From contig OZ025720.1 of assembly GCA_964019335.1 (NCBI GenBank), positions 62,001 through 126,000 on the forward strand: 64,000 nt of DNA. Direction: 5' to 3'. This DNA comes from Diplonema japonicum (taxonomy: Eukaryota > Protista > Euglenozoa: Diplonemea). Made by a program: the position numbers and the translations under genes. How positions within the stretch are numbered: the stretch's first letter is position 1; each line of letters begins with the position of its first letter. Under the pieces are notes generated by a model. That model ran no database searches. It had not been told where the DNA came from and worked only from the letters and a program-made list of their open reading frames with translations. This document shows, one piece after another, positions 10,691 through 20,054 of the stretch.

Positions 10691-12569
10691 TCACAGAGCG
10701 GAGCCCACCTCTTTAAGGTGGATGTGAGTGACGCCTTTCTTGTCTTTCTTATTGCTCATCACCTCGAGCTGGGTACCAGGGACGAGGATGTTTTCTTTTT
10801 CGTGAGGGTACACGGTTATCTCAGAGATATCAATGGCAGTCTTGCAATCGATGGTGAGCATGGTTGCGGAGCTTCCGCAGCCCCCCATGAATCCTTCTGC
10901 CACGCTCTTAGCAGAGGTGCACGAGGAGACGGACCACCAAGTCACAGTCGAGCCCTTCTCGTACTGCTTGTGCAGGTCGGCACCGATACCCCTCCATAGC
11001 GTTTTCTTGTTCTTCTTGAGATGGTCCGTAGCCTCGAAGAGCATCCTGAGGTAAGGCAAGTATTTCTTGCAAGCTGATTTGAGCTGGTCTCGAAGCGACT
11101 TGTTGAGGTCGCTGTAGATGCTGTTGGCAGTGTACAACAGCAATGCGGCGTAGAGCTTTCCGTCCATCTTTTTGACGGGGTTCGCGCGTTGGTTCTTGGC
11201 GTAGTGGTTGCCCTTTGCCTCTAGCGGGCCGACGCTGACGTTCTTGAGCCCCTTGACAGCATCCGAAAGTGTCTTTGCCACCTTGAGGTCGAGAACGCCC
11301 TCGATGGGGTTTACGTCCTTCGACTGTTCCACACCTGAGAAACCCATACGGAGGAAGAACTCGAGCATCTCCTTCTTTTCTGAGATCATGTCCATGGAGT
11401 TGATAACAGGTGGTCTTGTCCGTCCTGCGATGGTGGGGATCAGCGTGTAGAACTTGGACGACAGTGTCTGGATCGTGTCGCCCTTCTTGCCCTTGTCCAC
11501 CGCTTTCTTCAGCAGTTCCAACACGTCCAGCCCCTTGTTGATCTGCGCCTCGGACAGCTTGTCGTCGTCGCCCCCGTTGCCCTCTTCCGTCTCGACTAGT
11601 GTGTACTTTTTACTGCGTGGTATGAACTCCCCCTCTACGGGGTAGTTGTTCCCGGTCTTGTCTTTGAACTTCTTCTTGAAGTCCTTCTCTGCAGAGTCCC
11701 TGCTTCCGGGGGGGAACATCTTGTTCTGGCCGTCTTCGCCGACTCTGCCCCACCGTGTCCACACGCAGTACTTCCCGTTGCTGTGCTTCAGCATCTGGAT
11801 GATGTAGTACTTGTTGTTGTTGTTTTTGATGTCTGTCTGGTTCAGCTTCACCGCCCACTCGTCAACCACGGTGTAGTTGCTGGCGCTAGGGACCTGCCTA
11901 TCCACGGACCTCTTGCCACCGACGTTCACGCTGCCCGCATCGGACATGGGCTCGTCCTCGTCATCTGACCCATCTTCGTCCATCGGCTCAGACTCGTCCT
12001 CGGACTTGGGCTCGGGATCGGCTTTCTTTCCCTTTGTCTTCTTAGGCGGCTCCTCTTCAGACTCGTCTGAGGACGTCTCTTCTTTTTTTTTGCTCTTCTT
12101 CGGGGCTGCCTTCTTCCCCTTCTTCACAGGCTTTTTCGGCGACGATTCGGCTTCGGACTCCGATTCAGACTCGGACTCGGACTCGGAGGTAGGGTCACGC
12201 TTTTTTCCCTTCTTAGCAGCAGGCTTTCTCGCAGCCTTCTTGACCTTTTTCTTCTGCACCGGCTCAGACGAAGATGAATCAGACGACTCGTCCTCGGAGG
12301 AGGTAGAGGGGGCACGCTTGCTCTTCTTCGCCTTGGGTGCTGGCTTCTTAGATTTCTTGGCGACTTTCTTGGGTGGTTCACTCGACTCCGAGTCTGAGGA
12401 CTCGGGCGAAGCCGGCTTGCGGCCACGCTTCTGCACCTGTGTCATTTATGTTTTCTCTTTTCCCCCTTTTCCTGCTCTTCCATACCAGCTTCGGTGGCGC
12501 TTCCGACTCGGACTCGGACTCGGACTCGGACTCCTTCGCGACCTTTGAAGAATTCTTTCGCTTGCCCAT
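10691..12569 (-). CDS. WGR + partial PARP regulatory (helical) domain + R-S-E mono-ADP-ribosyltransferase; intron 12437-12485
   Basis: WTRWGRVGE; KLSEAQI...LSSKFYTLIP...PPVINS...KKEMLE; LYT...YSDLNKSLR, LWRG, SSCT, PHEKE.ILVPGT. Exon 1 (MGKRK...PPKL) joins in frame. Confidence 0.88.
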
Positions 12570-12694
12570 TTTTTTTCTCTCTTTTTCTTAACGGAAAAAC
12601 GGAAACACCTTTTTTTTGAGGGGGCTTTCGTTGATGGCCTCAAAGAATAAAAATAAAAAAGGGGAAGCAAATAACTGATAAAGAAACAAGATTC

Positions 12695-13162
12695 TTACGG
12701 AGTTCGCCAGGACGGGGTAGGGGACTGCCAGGGGCTGGGTGGCACGGGGGGGCGGCTGTGGAGGAGGAGGTCGAGGTGGGTGTTAAATTCTCGCATCCCC
12801 TCAGCTCGTTTGGAGAGAAGAGACGCGTAGTGAGATTTAGCTTGAGTTTCGTCCATGTGCCGTGTGTCATGTTTCCACTGTTTTTTGAAGGATTTCGCTT
12901 CAATGGGATCCTCCCAAGTGTTCCACCACCACTCGAGAAAAGCGTTCACCTTTTCGTGCGTTGCGACCAGCTCGGCAGTGTCATGCTCTTGCGCGTTTTC
13001 GTATCGCAAGTATTCTAATCTCACCGCGTTCCGCAATTTCATCATACTCATAGCTCGTTCGCTGCCTTTTAAGTTATCCCTGGCTAGGCAGAGGGTCCTC
13101 CTGTATGCGGCCCATATTTGTTGATTCATTCTTTTTTTCTTTGCCGCCTGTATATCCTCCAA
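12695..13162 (-). CDS. Small protein, possibly LYR-motif family
   Basis: IWAAYRRTLCLAR...LRNAVRLEY resembles the LYR...R..F pattern; clean ORF. Confidence 0.45.
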   Translation of the reverse strand: MEDIQAAKKKRMNQQIWAAYRRTLCLARDNLKGSERAMSMMKLRNAVRLEYLRYENAQEHDTAELVATHEKVNAFLEWWWNTWEDPIEAKSFKKQWKHDTRHMDETQAKSHYASLLSKRAEGMREFNTHLDLLLHSRPPVPPSPWQSPTPSWRTP

Positions 13163-13861
13163 TACAGTGCAGGGAGCTGACGCGGAAGAAAAAAAAAAAA
13201 GTTACCTGTCTCGAAGAGCATTCAAGACCTTCCAGAACAGAAACACGAAGGGAAACAAGAAAAAAAAAAGAGAGAGGGGGAAAGGAAAAAAAAATTTTTT
13301 TTTTTTCATTCTCTGGTTCCTATTCGAAGGATCCCACGCTGAATAAAGGTATATATATGGTTAAGGAGGTCATTGCGAGACGCTCCTGAAGGGGGGAAGA
13401 AAAAGAAGAGAGAAATGGGAACGGATTCTCTCTCACTCCTTATGAATTAAACGAAAAAATGTGAGGGGGAGAAGACTTTTGATTCCATTTTCTGTCTTAA
13501 AATGAGCCGCATAACGAGAACGTAAACGAAGAAACTCAATTAAAAAAAAAAAAAAAAAAAAGGAAAAAAAAAAAGGCACTGCCCACTGTTCGAGAGAAGA
13601 TAACAACCCCCACCCCGCCGAAGTCTCTTGACCAAGAAATCGGGAAACGGAGAAATTCGTGTTCTCTATGAAACCCTGTAGACGTCCAATTTTCAAATTC
13701 TCTCCCTCCTTCTTTCTCCCCTTCTCCTCTCTTCTGTGTAAAATGCATGTTCAAGACTGTCTTCATAAGTCCCATAAGACCCCTCTCTCAAATATGCCGA
13801 CTACTGCTCACCACCGTGTCCTTGCAATGAGATGTAAAGATTCTTACAACGCACTTTCCAT

Positions 13862-14926
13862 CTACATGTGTGACTGTCCAGTCCCTTCCGGTGTCTGTGC
13901 CCTGAACCACACGGGCCCCCCCCATTTGGTGCCCTTCTCGACGTCGCATGCCCCGTGAAGGGACAAAGGGTCAAGGGAGCGGTCGGGGCGCATGTCGTAG
14001 AAAAGAACACCGGATCCCTTACGGGGGAAGACTTGGATTCCTTGCTTACAAGCTGCTTCTTTGAAATTGATGGGTGCCGGCCCGGCATTAGCGCGGGGTA
14101 TGGTAGTTGCACCGCCTGCTTCAGTGTCGGAGAGGTAAAGGTAAAAGGTGGCCATTCTATTGTTCGCTTGGTTGCCGTAATACTTGGGGTCGAAATAATC
14201 GTGGTGCGAGTCATAGTGCTGCGCGAGTTCGTACTTCAAGACGTTCAACGGCTCATGCCATGAGGACCCCACCACGCTGGACAGCCTGTTGTGCAGGTTC
14301 TGCAGCACGCCGTTGTTCTGCAGGTCGATCCATGTGGAGCGCGATGTCCTGACCTCCTGTGTGGACGACATCTTCTTCTGGACACCTTCCTTTGTCAGGG
14401 CTACCTGGCTCCTTTGCAACTTGGGTGCGGCCTGAGACAGGATAAGCTGGATCTCTTCCTCTGTGGCTATCTCAGGGAAGAACAGGATCCTCGGCTGTGT
14501 TGACACTGTCACGAACAAGTTGTCGTTGTCCTCAGGGAACTTGTACGCAGGGTTGGGCCCGTACTCGTACCCGTTGGGGCACTTGCTGGCATTGACGTGT
14601 GCTAAGTCGTAGTCAGTGCGCACCTGCCCGTCGCGTATCCTGTCTGTGGCGCGCACTCCGTGTGGGACGTTCAGCCCATAGAAGTCCCATCCCTGGTCGT
14701 CGGAGTCGAACTCATGTCCGTTCCAGTACACCTTCTTCGACTTCGGTGGCGGCACGTTCACCCTGGACATGGGTGGCTCTTGCACCCGACTCGCTGTTTT
14801 CTTCGTCATCTCTCCTGCAGAGGCGTACCTCTTGCTGATCACAAACAGCCAGATCGCTGTGAAACCAAACATCCAGTATACGGCCGCAAACCCCCGTTTC
14901 CCCTTCCGCGGCAGCATCGGGTGCAT
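13862..14926 (-). CDS. Prolyl 4-hydroxylase (plant/algal-type 2OG-Fe(II) oxygenase), type II membrane anchor
   Basis: VRTSRSTW, YDSHHDYF, RMATFYLYLSD..GG.T, SLHGACDV.KGTKW. Confidence 0.92.
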   Translation of the reverse strand: MHPMLPRKGKRGFAAVYWMFGFTAIWLFVISKRYASAGEMTKKTASRVQEPPMSRVNVPPPKSKKVYWNGHEFDSDDQGWDFYGLNVPHGVRATDRIRDGQVRTDYDLAHVNASKCPNGYEYGPNPAYKFPEDNDNLFVTVSTQPRILFFPEIATEEEIQLILSQAAPKLQRSQVALTKEGVQKKMSSTQEVRTSRSTWIDLQNNGVLQNLHNRLSSVVGSSWHEPLNVLKYELAQHYDSHHDYFDPKYYGNQANNRMATFYLYLSDTEAGGATTIPRANAGPAPINFKEAACKQGIQVFPRKGSGVLFYDMRPDRSLDPLSLHGACDVEKGTKWGGPVWFRAQTPEGTGQSHM

Positions 14927-15046
14927 TTTTCTATTTGTGTGTGGAAAACTGTGAAAAATTGTGTCGGGAGATAATTTCTTTTTAAACGATAAGAAAAGGT
15001 TCGCTTGTGACTAGGAAACTAAAAAAAAAGGGGGATAACGACTAGG

Positions 15047-16279
15047 TTAACCAGTTGGTTCGTCAACCTCTCTGCTGTACCCTTCGCTCCTGTGGCATTG
15101 CAGAATGGTGACCAGCTGCTTCATCTGTTTTTCAGTCAGCTTCTTCTTGTGCATCCTGTCGGCTCTCCACTCCTCTTCCAGCCGCTTTGTCACCGCCTCC
15201 AACTTCCTCCTCGTCCCGGCCAGCACGCTGTAAAGCCTGTTATTGGCCCTGGTCTGCCCCTCGTTAGAGAGTTTCTTCTGTTTTTTTGCCTTCAAATACT
15301 TCTTCCTCAGCTTCTTGTTCGCACTTGCAGCATGTTCCAATGGTAAGTCGTAAAGCCTGTACAGTGATTCTTCAATGTCGCACGGGGCGCTCTTGGCGCC
15401 TCCTTGGGGATATTTTCTAGACAGCTTGGTGTCGAGGCTTTGCTTGTCTTTGAGGGGCTGTGTGAACATCCTGTTTATGAAGGTGGGCAGGTCGGTGCTC
15501 GAAGGCTTTTTTGCTTCAGAACTTGGGACGTACTTCTCATGCAGGGCTCGGTAACGAGCTCTGCCTGTGCGGAGAGGCTCCCCGTACAACCTTTCGACAA
15601 TATCCTTCAAAGGGACCTTATTAGGGGGCCTGGGCACAGGTGCGGGACCTGGAGTGGCTGTGGATGCGCGTGAGGTCGTGGCTGTGGCTGTGGTAGCTGT
15701 AGCTGTAGCTGTGGCCGTTGCCAGTGCCTCAGGTGGGCGGGGTGTATAGGGTGTGTGCCGCACAGTCTTTTTCTTCTTTTCACACTTCGTGCTTAGCTCC
15801 TCGAGCTGCTGTTTGGCAGTCTTTTCGATGGCCTGCCGCAACACCTTGTCCTGCTCCATGAGCCGCCTCACACCCCTGCCCGTGCACGGCGTGCTGCTGG
15901 GCCTCGGCACCTCCATTTTGATCCCCTTGAAATTCCTGCTTCGGAGCCTGTGAAGCCACGTGCTGTCTAAGTAATGCGAGTACTTCTTCCCGGGCTTTGG
16001 GAGGTACTGGAATTGAGTCCTGCCGCCTGCGGTCTCAATGTCCAGAGTCCACGAAGGAGTGCAACAGCCGGTTGCCTGTTGTTCCTGACTGATGCTGCTG
16101 CTGCTACAGTTCATCGACGTCGACTGCGAGGCAGACAGCGACACTGACCCCGTCCCTGTCTCTGCCTCCGTCACTGACCCTGTCCCTGGCTCCGACAGTG
16201 AATCCGTGGCTGAGCTGCTGTTCGTATCTGAGGTGCGGCATGAGAAGCTTTCTGTGTAAGAAGACACCGACGGGCTCAT
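15047..16279 (-). CDS. Hypothetical protein, Ser/Thr-rich N-terminus and basic C-terminal repeats
   Basis: 410-aa ORF on the coding strand; recurring (E/N)RL(Y/F) motif. Confidence 0.6.
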   Translation of the reverse strand: MSPSVSSYTESFSCRTSDTNSSSATDSLSEPGTGSVTEAETGTGSVSLSASQSTSMNCSSSSISQEQQATGCCTPSWTLDIETAGGRTQFQYLPKPGKKYSHYLDSTWLHRLRSRNFKGIKMEVPRPSSTPCTGRGVRRLMEQDKVLRQAIEKTAKQQLEELSTKCEKKKKTVRHTPYTPRPPEALATATATATATTATATTSRASTATPGPAPVPRPPNKVPLKDIVERLYGEPLRTGRARYRALHEKYVPSSEAKKPSSTDLPTFINRMFTQPLKDKQSLDTKLSRKYPQGGAKSAPCDIEESLYRLYDLPLEHAASANKKLRKKYLKAKKQKKLSNEGQTRANNRLYSVLAGTRRKLEAVTKRLEEEWRADRMHKKKLTEKQMKQLVTILQCHRSEGYSREVDEPTG

Positions 16280-16388
16280 GTTGTGTAAATGCCTACATGC
16301 TTATCGAAGAAAGCAACGGCGTGCATCTTGAATACCGTTTGTTAGTGTCAGTGCCTGTTAGCATGTGCAGGCCACTCCCATCAGTAGG

Positions 16389-17444
16389 CTACACTCTCAC
16401 AATCGCCTTGCCGATGTTGCCCCCCTTCATCATGTCCATGAAGGCTTCATGAGGTCTGAAGCCTTCTGTGACTGTCTCCTTGGGGAGCAGCTTCCCTTCC
16501 GTCATAAGTGCCGTGAGGTTGGCGACGGCTTCAGGGAAGCGGGGCTCATAGTCGAGACACAGGTACCTGAAGCGGGTGATGTTCTTGGAGTCCGTGAACT
16601 CCTGCAACGCAGGGGAAAGAGGTGGCGGGTAGGGCACGTCCTCCGAGTAAACAGCAATCTGCCCGCAAATGGGGATCTTGCCCCCGTCGTTCATAAGACG
16701 GATGACGGTGTCGCTGACTGTGCCGCCCACGTTGTCGAAGTAGATGTCAGCACCTGCTGGAAGAGCAGCAGCGAGATCGGCATGCAAGGCGGGCGACTTG
16801 TAATTGACGGCCGTCACGCCAAGGGACTCAAGGAAGGCGCACTTCTCATCACTCCCGCAGATGCCGACTACCTTGCAGCCGTGCATAACGGCCAGCTGGC
16901 AGTACACGGCGCCTGTCGCCCCAGCAGCACCCGAGACCACGATGGTATCGCCTGGTGAGGGCTTGCTGGCCTCGTGGAACCCGAAGTAAGCGGTGATACC
17001 AGGGATGCCAAGGGCACCAAGGAGGTGCGAGGCATAGTCCAAGCAGGGTGCCTTCGTCAGCTGCGACTCGTGCAGCTCAGCCACGGTGCCCCATGGGTAG
17101 CCCTGGAAAGGGACGCAAACGATGTCCCCTGTTGTGAAGCCCTCTGCCTTGGAGGACAAGACCTCACCCACACCTCCTCCCGAAAGCGGAGCACCCAGCT
17201 TGAAGGTGGTGAGGTATTCTCCTAGCTGCGGGTGGTCCTCGTCGAACATGCACCGCATGTAAGGGTCCACCGACAGGAAGCGTGTCTTACACAAGACGCT
17301 TCCAGAGGGCATATCCTCGGTACGCACTGTGCTTTCTTTCATTTCAAAATTGTCACTTCTGACCTCATTGGTCACACCTGGGCGGGACCGGAGGACGCAC
17401 TCAGTACGTGCTACGGTGGCGAGCGTTATCACTGTTCTCCTCAT
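16389..17444 (-). CDS. NADP-dependent oxidoreductase, prostaglandin reductase (PTGR2)-like
   Basis: FLSVDPYMRC, PGITAYFG, VSGAAGATG, YFDNVGG, CGQIAVY, GGNIGKAIV. Confidence 0.92.
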   Translation of the reverse strand: MRRTVITLATVARTECVLRSRPGVTNEVRSDNFEMKESTVRTEDMPSGSVLCKTRFLSVDPYMRCMFDEDHPQLGEYLTTFKLGAPLSGGGVGEVLSSKAEGFTTGDIVCVPFQGYPWGTVAELHESQLTKAPCLDYASHLLGALGIPGITAYFGFHEASKPSPGDTIVVSGAAGATGAVYCQLAVMHGCKVVGICGSDEKCAFLESLGVTAVNYKSPALHADLAAALPAGADIYFDNVGGTVSDTVIRLMNDGGKIPICGQIAVYSEDVPYPPPLSPALQEFTDSKNITRFRYLCLDYEPRFPEAVANLTALMTEGKLLPKETVTEGFRPHEAFMDMMKGGNIGKAIVRV

Positions 17445-18219
17445 TTTCGCTGTGTGGATTATGAGAAGAATTAACTTCTTTTTTTTTCGACTGGCGGGGG
17501 GGGGGGGGAAGAAAAAGATGACGACTACAAAAGGAAAAAAAAAAAAGAGGAACTGGCCGTTGTTTGTATGTGCCGGCGCATGGAGCGCCTGAACACAAAA
17601 AGGCCCCCCCACCTTTTTTTTCCCCTCTTTTTTTCCTCCTAGAAGACCATCGCAACGAAATTTTTATAGATTGAATATAAATGAAACAAGGAGAAAGACG
17701 GGGGGGGGGGGGGGGGAAAGCCTTCAAGGGAGGGGTTCGGTGAGAAGAAAAAAAAGGGGGAAAAAAAAGGAAAAAAAGAGAAAATATGTTTAGAGGATAG
17801 CTTTAAAAGGTTAGGACAGAGTGAAAGAATACAGGTGACGTCTATTAGATTTCAGGAGGGGGAAAAGGGATTGTTTTTTTTTCTTCTTTTTTCTTTTTTT
17901 TTCTCCTTTAGAACTCGTAGTGGGGGGCAAGGTAATAATGATACAAAGGTATGCTTGGTATTCCATACCTGTGGAAGAAGAAAAAAAAAAAAAAAAAGAA
18001 AGGATTAAAAAAATCCTTTTTTCCGGGTTACTTAATAAACATCCCACCCCCTTGTCACCTGCGTGCTCTTCTTTTCGCTTCTTTGAAACAAAAAATGGGG
18101 AGATGGAGACAGGGGGGGGAAAAAAAAAAGAAAAGGCTCTTAGCAAATAAATCTTAAAAACCAAAATAAAGATGTCCTTGAAGGGAACCTGCAGTCCTTA
18201 ATGCGTGCGGTGTGCAACT

Positions 18220-18268
<49 letters not shown>

Positions 18269-20054
18269 CGTTGCATTTTATGCCTCTTTGTCAATATCGT
18301 CACCTCCACCACCATATTTCCCCCTCTCTTTGTGTTGCTGGGGCTCCTCATAGGTGCAAACAGACTGTTAAGGTTAACGGCCATACCAACCGCTTCATTC
18401 TGCAAAGTGAAAGAAATATCGGGCTGACAAAAAATATCCAGACGGAATAATCCGTTTGACAAATGCCCGGGTACGAGAGGGAAAAAAAAAAAAAAAAAAC
18501 TCGGGCATTTAATTATTTATTACAGATTATTTCAAACCTTCTCTGCCACTCAGCACGAGAGGCTAACTATATGGGGTGGGGGAGAGATGTAGAAGAACAT
18601 AAAACAAGTAACGAAAAAAAGAGGGGAAATGACAAAGAGAAAAAAAATTAGAAGGATTTTTCTTTTTTTTTTATCTATGTGTACTCCTTGTATTACGAAA
18701 ACTCTTGTTTTCTTTTTTTCTTTTTTTTTTTTTTCTACAAAAAATTTTCTTTTTGATAAATAGCGTTGATTCGCAGCAATAATAATAACAAAAAAGTTGT
18801 CTCGATTTTAGTGGTGCCATGCAGTATGTGATACAGCGGCCACCCTTGTGAAACTTCGCCCCGAAGCCTCCCAAGTCCCCTGTGGTCCCGTAGAAAGTAA
18901 AAGTGGAGAAGTAAAGAAAGCTTGGAAATTGAAATAGGGAGAGGGGCCACAGAAGCAATTAAACACCAACTGGAGAGTTGTGGGAGGCTTGCTTCACTGG
19001 CACGATGCCGCGGGGAGGCTACTTGCCTGACCTGGTGAAGCCACCTCCTTGTTCGATGTAATGGGATAAGGGACTCTCCGTTGAGGGCGATGCTAACTGG
19101 CGCCACGCGTAGGGTGGGCTCTCCACCCCCGTTCAGGTTTCCCCACGTGTACGGCTTTAGAACGAGAGTTTCCCTTTCGCTTGTGTTTCTCCAAACCACA
19201 ATTACCAGGAACCACCACAGGGAGGTTGGAAACATTGGTCCCCCAAAAAAAAAGGGGGGGGGGTTAGAGACTAAAAACCTTTTTTGTTCCCTAGATAGGG
19301 ACTAAAAAAAAAAAATTCAAACCCAAAAGAAAAAAGAAAAAAAAATACAATTTTTTACTTATCCATTACGTCTTCATGGAAAAAAAAATATGAGTGATTT
19401 TCTTTTTTTAACTTTATTTTTTTTTTGGTTTTTCGTGAAAAAAAGGGAGGGGTGGTAAAAAAAAGGGAAATTAAATAGCAAAAAAAAAAAAAGAATTAAC
19501 AAGACAACAAGAATCCATAATCCTGTTCAACGCCCATTCTTCACATTCAGGAATTATTGAGAACTTTCTTGGCACCCAGAGATGATGAAAACAACTCTCC
19601 CAGTGATCAAAAATATATAGGGCCGCACCGTAGCCATAAATATGAAGTACAGGGCCCCTTTTCAAAGGATAAAGGAGTGTGTTTTTTTTTGTTGTTGTTG
19701 TTGTCATTCTTTTTTTTTTTAATCTTCTTTTTTCTTGTTCTTCTCTTTCTCTTGTTCAAAGCACATGCTACATTTCAACGTCGTAAAACAAACCTATTCA
19801 AAAAAAATAGGGGGAGGGGATAATTTCAAGATCCAAAAAAAAAAAGAAAAAAAATTACGTTTTCTTTCATGGCTCTCAGTTTCCTTCTTTTTATTCTAAA
19901 AACGAGACTCGATACTTGAAAAAAAAAAAAAAAAAAAAAAAAAAAAACATTCTTGCTTTCGTGGTGGACTGGCTGCGGGAAGAACACACACAAAAAAGAA
20001 ATCATTCTTTCCCCAGGGTGATCCATATATTTTCTTTCATCAGAGGTGATCCCA

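Noticed and set aside
10691-12569. Annotating this gene as an ordinary PARP
   Set aside because: No HG(S/T)/Y/E PARP signature; the catalytic motifs are R-S-E.
18985-19055. HDV-like ribozyme (GCC-TCCCCGC-GGC) or SRP helix-8-like motif on the minus strand
   Set aside because: No matching P1/P1.1 partner strands, and the SRP GNRA helix is incomplete.
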